A DNA stretch of 64,000 bases, from IMG/VR virus record IMGVR_UViG_3300043436_003324; one strand, written 5' to 3'. The position numbers and the translations under genes are program-made. Under the pieces are notes generated by a model, which worked only from the letters and a program-made list of their open reading frames with translations, was not told the origin of the DNA and made no database searches. This document shows, piece after piece, positions 35,580 to 45,554 of the stretch. Numbering within the stretch: the stretch's first letter is position 1; each line of letters opens with the position of its first letter. The DNA is from a virus.

Positions 35580-36026
35580 CTACAATAGACTTACGTTTTT
35601 TGATATGTACCCAATCGCGTAATTACCCTCAATATGGTAAGTAACCAATCTAAATGGTTGATTATTTTTATAAACTACAACCATTCGTGATTTACTATTA
35701 GAGTCAGAAATACTTAAAAAAATATTTTTATTATTTAAAATATTTTTAGATGTAATTTGATAATTTTTTAACGTATCTCCTTCATCAACACTTGATATTA
35801 CATTATTTTCTTTAAAGTTGATATTAAAAACCATAAAATAATCTGACTCATAACTTTCCATATATGACCATCTATTCATTGTTGAGTCTGTACTCATAAA
35901 ATACATTAACTCATCTATAGTCATGGTAAAATCATAAAAGTCTGTGGCAAAAATATTTACATTTTTTTGGGAAAATGACAAAAAACTTGACAATGTCATG
36001 ATTAAAGAAAAAAATAATGTTTTCAT
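35580..36026 (-). CDS. secreted hypothetical protein
   Basis: signal peptide ending LSFSQ; similar N-terminus to 39626-40048. Confidence 0.55.
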   Translation of the reverse strand: MKTLFFSLIMTLSSFLSFSQKNVNIFATDFYDFTMTIDELMYFMSTDSTMNRWSYMESYESDYFMVFNINFKENNVISSVDEGDTLKNYQITSKNILNNKNIFLSISDSNSKSRMVVVYKNNQPFRLVTYHIEGNYAIGYISKNVSLL

Positions 36027-36071
36027 TTTTATTAAAGGTTTAAATTAATAATTTTTTTATAAAGATAGTTA

Positions 36072-36104
36072 TTTTTTTTATCCCCATCCTAAGATGGGGA
36101 TTTT
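36072..36104. terminator. terminator downstream of tmRNA
   Basis: TCCCCATC-CTAA-GATGGGGA flanked by T runs on the + strand. Confidence 0.6.
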
Positions 36105-36107
36105 AAT

Positions 36108-36518
36108 TGGTGGAGGTGCGGAGGCTCGAACTCCGGTCCATAATATCCTGTCAAACAAGGACTACACGTTTAGGTTAACATTTTCTAACGTTCCAAAATA
36201 TTCGATTTTTAACTTGATCAAAAACAAGGTTAGTTTGTTCTTCATTATCGTAAACTAACAACCAATAAACGACTCGATTTCGGGTTCAGTCGTATTCCAC
36301 CTTAAAGGACTTCTGTTGCTAGGTTATGTGTCCACCGACCCCCGTTTCCGTTAACTAATTAAGCTACAGTAACTTCAGAACCTCTTAGTAAACCAAGAGT
36401 TTCCATTTTCGATAAAACGTCGCCGATTGTTTTTGTGAATCAGTTTTTAAAGAGATTAATTCAGTCTCTACGTGCCCTTTATTCTCAGCCAATACCTGTC
36501 AAATCCAAAAACACCCCC
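36108..36518 (-). ncRNA. ssrA: tmRNA
   Basis: 5' GGGGGTG...GATTTGACAG, G3.U70, 3' GTTCGAGCCTCCGCACCTCCACCA; internal tag ORF (A)GDVLSKMETLGLLRGSEVTVA. Confidence 0.92.
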
Positions 36519-36601
36519 ATATGTCAAATAACTTTTGTTTATATAAATACAAATATAATGGGTAAATTACAATAATCAAAATATTTTGATATTTATTTTA
36601 T

Positions 36602-37681
36602 ATGTCAGAAATTGGGGAAACATACGAATATTTAAAAAAATTATCAAAAAAGGATTTAACGGATGTTAGATTTAGTAAATACCAGTATCCTGATATAATC
36701 GATGATATTAAATACAATTATGATTCCCCGTCATCAAGTGTTATTTATTTTGAATTTGAAAATACTGAAGAATATTTTAAAATTTTGGGTATTGATAATG
36801 AGGAAGATATCTATGTGTGGAATAAATTTATGGATAATTACTATTACGATTATGATTATGATTATTACAGATATGAAGAAGATTGGAAAGAGGGGTACAT
36901 ATTAAAAGAATTTAGTCCAGAAAATCTTAACTTGGTTAAACAAATTCTAAGATTAGTTAACCCATCAATGGTTTTACGAGATGACGATACGGATACCAAT
37001 ATGGGTATTATTGCGACTTATTTAGACAAAAGGTTTGGTGATATTGAATATATTGTTAGTGAATATGGTTCTTTGAACCAAGACTGTACTAGAAGGGCGG
37101 TTAGTAATGTTTTAAAAAATGAAACTAAAAATCCATTTAAAAAACTTGGGATTAGTGAGACTTATGGGAATTACAGATTTAAAACCACTTTAGGTGTATT
37201 AATACATTGGTACGAGACTTTAGAGGCCAAAAATTTTGATATACCAGAATTATTAAAGTTAATGTTAACAAAATACGATAGAGAATCTAGAGGTAACTGG
37301 TATGAATTGGAATATAATGTTTGGTGTGATGATTTTGAATGGGACTCTTTTCACAAAGAAACTACCCGTCAGTTAAATGATATTTTAGAAAAAGTAGAGG
37401 AAGATTTATCTGAAGATGTGAATTTTGAAAGGTACAACGAATTGTTTAATATTGTGGAAAAATTAGGAGGTTTTAGAAGATGGATTAATATCCCCTCAAA
37501 AAAAATTGAAGTGTACTTTTCAGATCTAGATATAAAAACAGGAAAACTTAATTTTACCTCTAGAAAACCAAACCATCCTTCAGAAGATAGATCTGTGGAT
37601 AATGTTGAGGATTTAAATTTATCACTTTACCATCCTGAATTATTTGAACAACTTAAAAAAATAAAAGGTATTATTTTGTAA
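36602..37681 (+). CDS. acidic Tyr-rich hypothetical protein
   Basis: 359-aa ORF with TATTTAT upstream. Confidence 0.55.
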   Translation: MSEIGETYEYLKKLSKKDLTDVRFSKYQYPDIIDDIKYNYDSPSSSVIYFEFENTEEYFKILGIDNEEDIYVWNKFMDNYYYDYDYDYYRYEEDWKEGYILKEFSPENLNLVKQILRLVNPSMVLRDDDTDTNMGIIATYLDKRFGDIEYIVSEYGSLNQDCTRRAVSNVLKNETKNPFKKLGISETYGNYRFKTTLGVLIHWYETLEAKNFDIPELLKLMLTKYDRESRGNWYELEYNVWCDDFEWDSFHKETTRQLNDILEKVEEDLSEDVNFERYNELFNIVEKLGGFRRWINIPSKKIEVYFSDLDIKTGKLNFTSRKPNHPSEDRSVDNVEDLNLSLYHPELFEQLKKIKGIIL

Positions 37682-37710
37682 ACTCCATTTATTTTTCGTA
37701 AGTTTGTAAA

Positions 37711-38496
37711 ATGGAAAGAAATTACGAATTACTAAAAGAGGTGTTATCGGTACCCTCAAAAACATATCAAGAAGATTTATTGATACAATTTATCTGTGAT
37801 TGGTTAGATAAAAATAACATCACATATTATGTTGATGACTTATACAACATATATGCAACAAAACAAACTGATCAGGATATTGAATACTTTCCTTGTGTGG
37901 TCGCACATACTGATACTGTACATAATATTGACACAATAAATGTTAAAGAAGAGATGTTACCTGATGCTCAAGGTAATGTTAAACTATCTTTAAAGGCGTA
38001 TAATAATAACGGAGACCCAACAGGAATTGGCGGTGATGATAAATGTGGGGTTTATGGGTGTTTAGAACTACTAAAAGAATTACCTAACTTAAAAGCTGCT
38101 TTCTTTGTTTCTGAGGAAACAGGATGTAAGGGATCATTTAATGCGGATCCTAATTTTTTCACTAATGTTGGTTACGTTATACAATTTGATGCCCCCGAAA
38201 ATAATATGATTTCAGAATTTTTAATGAACAAACCAATGTTTAATAGAGACAGTGAATTCTTTAATGTTGGGGGTAGACTAATAACAGAACATTTTCCTGG
38301 GGATACAGAATACCATAGACACCCATACACGGATATATACCCATTAAATAAGAACTTTGGATTGTCCTGTTTCAATATCTCTATTGGGTACTACAATTAC
38401 CACACAAGAAACGAATACGTGGTTGTTGACGACACATACAATGGTATTAAGGTGGGTAAATTAATGATAGAGGAGTTAGGTAATAATAAACATTAA
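37711..38496 (+). CDS. M20/M28-family zinc peptidase
   Basis: VAHTDTVH, GGDDKCG, VSEETG, QFD, YHTRNE metal-ligand motifs. Confidence 0.8.
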   Translation: MERNYELLKEVLSVPSKTYQEDLLIQFICDWLDKNNITYYVDDLYNIYATKQTDQDIEYFPCVVAHTDTVHNIDTINVKEEMLPDAQGNVKLSLKAYNNNGDPTGIGGDDKCGVYGCLELLKELPNLKAAFFVSEETGCKGSFNADPNFFTNVGYVIQFDAPENNMISEFLMNKPMFNRDSEFFNVGGRLITEHFPGDTEYHRHPYTDIYPLNKNFGLSCFNISIGYYNYHTRNEYVVVDDTYNGIKVGKLMIEELGNNKH

Positions 38497-38585
38497 TAAA
38501 AAAATTTATTCATATCCTTTAATTTCTTTAAAATTCATATATTTATTTGTAAATAACAAATGACAAAAATTAAAACACAAAGATT

Positions 38586-39065
38586 ATGAAGTTTTTAATC
38601 TCAGACCAAGAAAGATCAAGAATTTTGGAAATGCATCAAAACGCTACATCAAAACAATATTTAACTGAACAAACAATTGCTAATACTCAAGCCGCATCAT
38701 TTGTTAATGAATTTAACAGAGTTATGACGGCATATAAATTACCTGGATATGTTGCAAAATTTGTCAAAGGTGCCGACGATTACCACGGTAATATTGTCAT
38801 TTATAAAGATGGTAAAGAACTTGTCAAATCACCACAAGATTTTGGAATTGCGGTGACTGCGAATTTATCACCAGGAGTTCAACAAACTAAAGATCCATTA
38901 GATAATTATGGAACACAATTAGTCGATGGTAAAGTCACACAATTTGGACAAAGTTTAGAGAAAGTTTTGGGAACTGCTGACGCAGCGGCAAAAAATCAAC
39001 TATCAACAGCTGTAAGGAGTGCGGTTGATGCGGTTAAAAAACAATTATCACCAACTCAAAAATAA
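38586..39065 (+). CDS. hypothetical protein with ISDQERSRILEMH N-terminal motif
   Basis: motif shared with other late genes; ends ..PTQK like the next gene. Confidence 0.55.
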   Translation: MKFLISDQERSRILEMHQNATSKQYLTEQTIANTQAASFVNEFNRVMTAYKLPGYVAKFVKGADDYHGNIVIYKDGKELVKSPQDFGIAVTANLSPGVQQTKDPLDNYGTQLVDGKVTQFGQSLEKVLGTADAAAKNQLSTAVRSAVDAVKKQLSPTQK

Positions 39066-39080
39066 AAAAAAATAAATATT

Positions 39081-39578
39081 ATGAAAAAAATTATCAAACT
39101 AACTGAAAGTGACTTAACCAGAATAGTTAAAAGAGTTATAAATGAAAGAAATTTGTTGATGGAAAAACATAGTTCCGAGTCTATTAATGTTAATATACCG
39201 TGGACGATAAATAAAGAAGGGAAAGAAATTGTCGCTAAATCACAATTTAATGTTGGGGAATACTATCCATCATTCTCTTATTTAGAAGGAGACCCTGATA
39301 TAGTAAAACAACTTGATAAAGATACAAAAACAAACCCATACACAATTAAAAGTGTTAGTCTTCCTGATGTAACCGCAACACCAATCGGACCACAAAAATT
39401 TGTTAAAGGTAGTGACGGAAATTATTATTTAACGGGTAAATTACAATTACCACAAGACATTAAAGTAACATGGGGTGTTGTTCCTAATACTACGATTGTA
39501 TTTAGTGACGGACAATCAGTCAGTGGAGGTGTTGTTTATAAAAAAGGAAAACAATATACACCACCAACTCAAAAATAA
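39081..39578 (+). CDS. hypothetical protein with LTESDL N-terminal motif
   Basis: MKKIIKLTESDLTRIVKRVINE; the ATG appears to be at 39101 region of the listed ORF. Confidence 0.55.
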   Translation: MKKIIKLTESDLTRIVKRVINERNLLMEKHSSESINVNIPWTINKEGKEIVAKSQFNVGEYYPSFSYLEGDPDIVKQLDKDTKTNPYTIKSVSLPDVTATPIGPQKFVKGSDGNYYLTGKLQLPQDIKVTWGVVPNTTIVFSDGQSVSGGVVYKKGKQYTPPTQK

Positions 39579-39594
39579 AAAACAATTAAAAACT

Positions 39595-39627
39595 AAAATC
39601 CCCACCTGAAAAGATGGGGATTTTTTT
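39595..39627. terminator. bidirectional terminator
   Basis: AAAATCCCCA..TGGGGATTTTTTT between convergent genes. Confidence 0.65.
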
Positions 39628-40048
39628 ATGATGGTTTTTCTATATTAAACTTTGTAATATTTTTTACTGTGGTTGAGTTATCTGTAAACCAAAACCAAAT
39701 AACATTTTCACTCCCATAATTGGTATTAACAATCAAACCATAATCAAAACTTTTTTCCAATATATTAATCTTAAGTGACCCATTACCAAGATTTACAAAT
39801 TTAATTGGTAATGAACTAATTTCAACATCATCAATAAAATATGTGGAGGTTTCATTACCAAGGTCTATAATATATTTGGTGTAATTACTATTAACATCAT
39901 ATATTAAATCCGGTTTCATTAACACAGAATCCACCGATGTTCTATGAAATGAAATCATTTCTTGTTTTTCAAATACGTGAATTATTAATTTTTGACTAAA
40001 TGATAAAAAATTAAAGAAAAAAAATAGGGTTAAAAAAATTGTTTTCAT
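39626..40048 (-). CDS. secreted hypothetical protein
   Basis: signal peptide ending LSFSQ. Confidence 0.55.
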   Translation of the reverse strand: MKTIFLTLFFFFNFLSFSQKLIIHVFEKQEMISFHRTSVDSVLMKPDLIYDVNSNYTKYIIDLGNETSTYFIDDVEISSLPIKFVNLGNGSLKINILEKSFDYGLIVNTNYGSENVIWFWFTDNSTTVKNITKFNIEKPS

Positions 40049-40095
40049 ATTCTGTTATTAAAACAAATTTATAAAAAAAAACTTATTTAAAAAAA

Positions 40096-42159
40096 TTATT
40101 CTCCCTTTTTCTTTCTACCTTTTTTCTTTGGTTCTGGTTTTGACCTATCCTCAATTTCTATTGTTTGATCATCACCTTCTCCTTTAACAAATAACATATA
40201 TTCGCCCCCTTCTATAACCTCATTGTTTAATATCTTTTCTGAAATTAAATCTTCGATTTTATCTTGGATTGCTCTTTTAATTGGTCTTGCTCCGTATTGA
40301 TCATCAAAACCAACTTTTGATATAAAATCAGTCACAGAACCTTCATAAGAAACGTTATATTTCATAGATGTTAATCTGTCAATTAGTTTATCAATTTCAA
40401 GTTTTACAATTTTATCAATATGTTCTTTTACTAAAGAATTAAATATTACAACATCATCAATTCTATTTAAAAATTCAGGTGCAAAAAATTTGCGTAATTC
40501 TTTTTTCAATACGTCTCTTTTATACTCCTCTTGGACAACTTCACTATTATTATTTGTTTTAAATCCAACACCATTACCAAAGTCCTGTAATTTTCTAACA
40601 CCAATATTTGATGTCATAATAATTAAACAGTTTTTAAAGTTGATCTTTCTACCTAACCCATCAGTTAAATGACCATCATCTAACATCTGTAGTAAAGTTG
40701 CGAATATGTCTTTATTCGCCTTCTCAATCTCATCAAAAAGTATAACAGAATATGGTTTATTTTTAACTTGTTCTGTTAATTGACCCCCTTCTTCATGTCC
40801 CACATATCCTGGAGGGGATCCAATAAGTCTTGAGATGGTATGTTTCTCTTGGTACTCAGACATGTCAACTCTTATTAAACTATCTTCACTACCAAATATT
40901 TCTTTTGCTAATTTTTTTGCTAAAAACGTCTTACCAACACCTGTTGATCCTAAAAATATAAACGAACCGATTGGTCTATTAGGGTCTTTAATCCCAACTC
41001 TATTTCTTCTTATAGATTTTGATATTTTTCCAACCGCCTCTTCTTGACCAATAACGTATTTATTTAAAGTTAATTCAAGATTAACTAATGAATTTTTCTC
41101 ATCTACATTTATTTTACTAACAGGAATTTTAGTCATGTTTGAAACTACCTCATAAATGATTTCATCAGGAATACCTCGTTTACTATTTTTAAGATGATCC
41201 TCAAATTTCTTTTTCTCCTCTTCTAATTTAATTAAAACGTTTCTTTCTCTATCTCTTAATTCGGCCGCTTGTTCGTAGTTTTGTTTTTTAATAACGGTCG
41301 CCTTCTCTTTCTTTATTTCTTGGGCCTCAACTTTTAATAACTCAATTTCTTCAGGTAATTTTATATCTATTTGCATTCTTGACCCAACCTCATCTAAAAT
41401 ATCAAAAGCCTTATCAGGAAACTCTCTATCCGTAATATATCTATCGGCCAACTCAACACATAACCGAAGTGATTCATCGGTATAATTAACCTTATGATGT
41501 TCTTCATATTTACCCTTACTTTGTTGTAGTATTTGAAACGTTTCTTCTTTGGTTGATGGATCCACAATAATCTTTTGGAATCTTCTTTCTAATGCTCCAT
41601 CTTTCTCAAAATGTCTTCTATACTCATCAAGGGTTGTTGCTCCAATACACTGAATTTCACCTCTTGATAACGCAGGTTTAAATATGTTTGATGCGTCTAA
41701 AGAACCTGAACTATTACCCGCACCAACCATAGTATGAATTTCATCTATAAATAAAATAATATTAGGGGTGTTCTGAAGTTCTTCAATAATCACCTTCATT
41801 CTTTCTTCAAATTGACCTCTATACTTTGTGCCGGCAACAATTGAGTTAATGTCTAAAGACACAATTCTTTTATCTACCAAATTTTTTGGGCACTCTCCAC
41901 CATAAATCATCATTGCAAGACCCTCGACGATTGCAGTTTTACCTGCTCCTGGTTCACCAATAATAATAGGGTTATTTTTTTTCCTCCTTGATAAAACTTG
42001 GGCAATTCTAAAGATTTCTTTTTCTCTACCAATTACTGGGTCTAATTTACCTTGTTCGGCAAGTTTTATTAGATCTTTACTAAAATTATCTAATACAGGT
42101 GTTCCGGCCTCACTCTTTTTTTTATTTTTATCATTACTATCGTCTACAAAATCTAACAT
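40096..42159 (-). CDS. clpC: ClpC-like AAA+ chaperone lacking the N-domain
   Basis: GEPGAGKT and GSTGVGKT Walker A motifs, FIDEIH, LFDEIEK, UVR middle domain, GVGF ClpP-docking-like loop, GARPIKR. Confidence 0.85.
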   Translation of the reverse strand: MLDFVDDSNDKNKKKSEAGTPVLDNFSKDLIKLAEQGKLDPVIGREKEIFRIAQVLSRRKKNNPIIIGEPGAGKTAIVEGLAMMIYGGECPKNLVDKRIVSLDINSIVAGTKYRGQFEERMKVIIEELQNTPNIILFIDEIHTMVGAGNSSGSLDASNIFKPALSRGEIQCIGATTLDEYRRHFEKDGALERRFQKIIVDPSTKEETFQILQQSKGKYEEHHKVNYTDESLRLCVELADRYITDREFPDKAFDILDEVGSRMQIDIKLPEEIELLKVEAQEIKKEKATVIKKQNYEQAAELRDRERNVLIKLEEEKKKFEDHLKNSKRGIPDEIIYEVVSNMTKIPVSKINVDEKNSLVNLELTLNKYVIGQEEAVGKISKSIRRNRVGIKDPNRPIGSFIFLGSTGVGKTFLAKKLAKEIFGSEDSLIRVDMSEYQEKHTISRLIGSPPGYVGHEEGGQLTEQVKNKPYSVILFDEIEKANKDIFATLLQMLDDGHLTDGLGRKINFKNCLIIMTSNIGVRKLQDFGNGVGFKTNNNSEVVQEEYKRDVLKKELRKFFAPEFLNRIDDVVIFNSLVKEHIDKIVKLEIDKLIDRLTSMKYNVSYEGSVTDFISKVGFDDQYGARPIKRAIQDKIEDLISEKILNNEVIEGGEYMLFVKGEGDDQTIEIEDRSKPEPKKKGRKKKGE

Positions 42160-42320
42160 AATTAAAAGTTTTATCTAAATCTAAATATATTCATATTGTT
42201 AGTCAATACTTGTCTTTTTGTCAGGTGTGGGTATAATTATATGACAAAATGTCATGTTTTAATAAATGGCATATTTTTTATAAATTTTTATTACAAAATA
42301 AACCTAAAAAATAAAATAAA

Positions 42321-42695
42321 ATGTTTAATTGGAGTGATTTCGATAAAATTTTTAATGAGATGTTTTCTAACAGAACCGGATTTAATTTTGGTGATAACAA
42401 TTGGGATAAGAGAACTTACAAGTCTCCCGACGGTTCTTTTTCCATGACTTATATTACTAAAAAAAATAATAGTAATCCTAATTTAGACGAGGTTGATATT
42501 TTAAAACATAAATTAGAAATTGCGGTTGAGGAACAAAATTTTGAGTTGGCGGTAGAACTTAGAGATAAAATAAAAAATTTAGAGAAAAATTTGGAGAAAA
42601 TTTCCGAGTTGCAATCTAAATTAGAAGAGTGTATTAAAAATCAAGATTTTGAGAAGGCTATTGATTATAGGGATCAAATAAAATCTTTAAAATAA
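42321..42695 (+). CDS. double UVR-domain protein (McsA-like adaptor candidate)
   Basis: AVEEQNFELAVELRDKIK and CIKNQDFEKAIDYRDQIK; divergent from the Clp gene. Confidence 0.7.
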   Translation: MFNWSDFDKIFNEMFSNRTGFNFGDNNWDKRTYKSPDGSFSMTYITKKNNSNPNLDEVDILKHKLEIAVEEQNFELAVELRDKIKNLEKNLEKISELQSKLEECIKNQDFEKAIDYRDQIKSLK

Positions 42696-42723
42696 AAAAG
42701 TCCACCTAAAGGTGGATTTTTTT
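42696..42723 (+). terminator. intrinsic terminator
   Basis: AGTCCACC-TAAA-GGTGGATT followed by a T run. Confidence 0.7.
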
Positions 42724-42755
42724 ATTTGTGTTATTTATTTTAATAATAAAAAATT

Positions 42756-43001
42756 ATGGCAATTACAAGAGAAGAATTTAAAGGAACAAAGATTATTAAC
42801 GAAATACAATCGTCAAACATAGTTAAAACAGAATATGACACTGAAACAAAAAAAATGATAACGGAATTTAAAAACGGTATTAGATATGAATATGAGGATG
42901 TACCTCACCAAAAATACACCGAATTTAGAACCGCACAATCCCAAGGAACTTATTTTAACAAAAACATTTCAAAAGTTTATAAATATAAAAAATTAAGTTA
43001 A
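42756..43001 (+). CDS. KTSC domain protein
   Basis: SSNI...YD..TKKM..EFKNG..YEYEDVP......A.SQGTYFNKNI. Confidence 0.85.
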   Translation: MAITREEFKGTKIINEIQSSNIVKTEYDTETKKMITEFKNGIRYEYEDVPHQKYTEFRTAQSQGTYFNKNISKVYKYKKLS

Positions 43002-43023
43002 TCAAAAAACTTAATATTTATAT

Positions 43024-43758
43024 TTGATGGACAATGAATTAATAAAAAGTTTTAATCCCCAAGAAACTTTAAACCCTAAAATATGGGAAAAAGATGGGGA
43101 TGAACCAAAATTAAAACCCGAAATAAGAGAAGGGTTACTTAATATTGCCAATGAATTTATAGAATTTCTTGATGTGGATATTATTGTTACAGATATAATT
43201 TTAACAGGATCACTATCAAATTTTAATTGGTCAAAATATTCTGATTTTGATTTACATATTGTTGTAAATTTAGAACAGTACGATGAAAACCAAATAGAAC
43301 TTTATGAAAAAATTTTTAATTTAAAAAAATTAATTTTTAATCAAAACCATGATATAAAAATAAAAGGATATGAGGTTGAACTTTATGTTCAAAATGAAAA
43401 CGAGTCTCATTTTTCAAGTGGAGTGTATTCAATATTATTTAATGAATGGTCAAATGTCCCTAAAAAAGAAAAAGTATCAATAGATAAGGATCTAATTAAG
43501 CAAAAATCCAAACAGTGGATGAATATGATTGATAATCTTTTGGACTCAATAAAAGACAATGATGCGGATACTGCCAAAGAAATGGTTCAAAAATACAAGG
43601 ATAAATTAAAAAAATATAGGACTTGTGGGTTGCAAAAAAAAGGAGAGTATTCTACTGAGAATTTAGTGTTTAAAATTTTAAGACGTAACGGTTATATTGA
43701 AAAACTTCACAATAATACGTCAAAAATAATTGATAATAAATTATCAATGAATCAATAA
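43024..43758 (+). CDS. Pol-beta superfamily nucleotidyltransferase
   Basis: DIILTGSL....SDFDLH...VELYVQ motif. Confidence 0.75.
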   Translation: MMDNELIKSFNPQETLNPKIWEKDGDEPKLKPEIREGLLNIANEFIEFLDVDIIVTDIILTGSLSNFNWSKYSDFDLHIVVNLEQYDENQIELYEKIFNLKKLIFNQNHDIKIKGYEVELYVQNENESHFSSGVYSILFNEWSNVPKKEKVSIDKDLIKQKSKQWMNMIDNLLDSIKDNDADTAKEMVQKYKDKLKKYRTCGLQKKGEYSTENLVFKILRRNGYIEKLHNNTSKIIDNKLSMNQ

Positions 43759-43833
43759 ATAGATTAAAAATAAAACAATATCGATTATTGATATATTTAT
43801 TTAATAAAAATAATTTAATCAAAAAAATATACT

Positions 43834-45150
43834 ATGGGAGGACTAAAACCTATTGGGAGTGAGAAATTAGTTGGTATGGATAAAATCCGTAGAATTATGG
43901 AAATTGCTAACTATAACCACGAATTATCTAATAAAGATATTGAATTAAAATCTACAGAGTATAGACTTGGTTTATCAGATGGAAATTCATATGACATTGT
44001 AAAGGAAAGACAAGGATATATAATTAAAAGAAATATTACTGAATCTTACTCTGATTATATCGAACCTATGAAAAATAGAAGATATTACAGATCTTACTCT
44101 GAAGCATTAAAAAAATTAAATTTAATGGCTAAAGATTTTAACTCATTATATAATAACGATGGGGGTACAAATCTTTTTACCGAACAAAAAAAGTTTAAAC
44201 TTAAAGTTCCAACACCAAAGTCAGATGTTGCCCCTGAACAGGCACCAACATTACCTGAACCATCTCCGGCTCCCGCACCTGCGGCAGAACCATCTCCGGC
44301 TCCCGCAACAGGAGCAGAAGAAGATCCAATGGCAGGACTTATGGGAGGTACCGAAACAACAGGACCAGAAGAAGATCCAATGGCAGACCTTGGTGGGGAT
44401 GAAGATCCAATGGCAGACCTTGGTGGGGATGACGAATCTACCGACGATGAAGAGGAAAATACAGGCAAAGAAAATGGAGTATCATTTAAGTTGATTCAAA
44501 AATTAACAGGAAAACTATCCCAAAAAATTAGAAAATATCTTAACAGTGAAGAAATGGATTCTGACGATGTTAAGTATATTTTAAATTCTGTGTTATCTTC
44601 ATTAGATTTATCTGTGTTGGATGACGAAGACGTTGAGGAAATTATAGATCGTTTGGAAGGTGATGAAGAAGATAAAGAAGAGGGCGACGAAGAGGGTAAT
44701 GAAGAAGGTGATGAAAATTTAACCTCGGATGAAGACCCTGATGTTGATTCTCCTGAACCACCGTCAGATGAAGGTGAGGTTACAGAATACGGATATAGAA
44801 ACAGAAATAGAATGACAGTAGGTCCTTTAGGGACAAGAACAGATAATATGTTCTCAGAATCTAAAGTTGATAAAATCATTGGAAGATATTTTTCAATTAA
44901 TGAAGATGAAAAAAAGGTTAATAATAGAAAAAAAATTATTAATAAGGGACTTTTAAAAGAAAATATGGTTGTAAACGAAATGGAGATCAAAAGACTTTCA
45001 AAATCAATTCAACAAGAAAGATCGGCATTAAAATTCTTAGAAAAAAATCCAAACGCGGTTTTAATAGGATCGACAAATAAAAGTAATTTACTATTTAAAG
45101 TCGGTATTAATGAACACAAAATATCAACAGACGGAAGAAGAGTACTATGA
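43834..45150 (+). CDS. acidic low-complexity probable head/core protein
   Basis: EPSPAPA and EEDPMADLGGD repeats; TATTTAT upstream. Confidence 0.55.
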   Translation: MGGLKPIGSEKLVGMDKIRRIMEIANYNHELSNKDIELKSTEYRLGLSDGNSYDIVKERQGYIIKRNITESYSDYIEPMKNRRYYRSYSEALKKLNLMAKDFNSLYNNDGGTNLFTEQKKFKLKVPTPKSDVAPEQAPTLPEPSPAPAPAAEPSPAPATGAEEDPMAGLMGGTETTGPEEDPMADLGGDEDPMADLGGDDESTDDEEENTGKENGVSFKLIQKLTGKLSQKIRKYLNSEEMDSDDVKYILNSVLSSLDLSVLDDEDVEEIIDRLEGDEEDKEEGDEEGNEEGDENLTSDEDPDVDSPEPPSDEGEVTEYGYRNRNRMTVGPLGTRTDNMFSESKVDKIIGRYFSINEDEKKVNNRKKIINKGLLKENMVVNEMEIKRLSKSIQQERSALKFLEKNPNAVLIGSTNKSNLLFKVGINEHKISTDGRRVL

Positions 45151-45554
45151 ATTATTTAATTTACATAAATGGTATGGGACCCAATTATAAGGGAGACAAC
45201 ATTTATGAATTTATTTTTTCAGAAACTTTAGATGTTTGGGGTGAGAATTGGGAATCAAAACCATCTAATGGTTACCCATCACCACCTGACTTTGAATATA
45301 TAAAAAAGGTTGGATCATTAATTAATGGGGAAATCTTATTAGAATTGGTTCAAAACTCAGACGTATTTTCAATGATGGATTCAATGGATGGGGTACTGTC
45401 CATAGGTTGGGAAAAAGAAACAAATGAAATTGATTTCTCAATCACAAAAAGATTAGTATTTAAGTTTGGGGAAACTGAACAAGACGTAAAAGATAAACTA
45501 TATGAACGAGATATCGTTCTTGAATTTGATAAAAAAGCAGTATATGAATCCTAA
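45147..45554 (+). CDS. hypothetical protein
   Basis: coupled 135-aa ORF. Confidence 0.55.
   Translation: MNYLIYINGMGPNYKGDNIYEFIFSETLDVWGENWESKPSNGYPSPPDFEYIKKVGSLINGEILLELVQNSDVFSMMDSMDGVLSIGWEKETNEIDFSITKRLVFKFGETEQDVKDKLYERDIVLEFDKKAVYES

Noticed and set aside
40096-42159. Host chromosomal contamination or prophage boundary (Clp, kinases, tmRNA)
   Set aside because: These genes share the phage's composition, TATTTAT motifs and tight packing with virion genes, and no integrase or housekeeping synteny is present.
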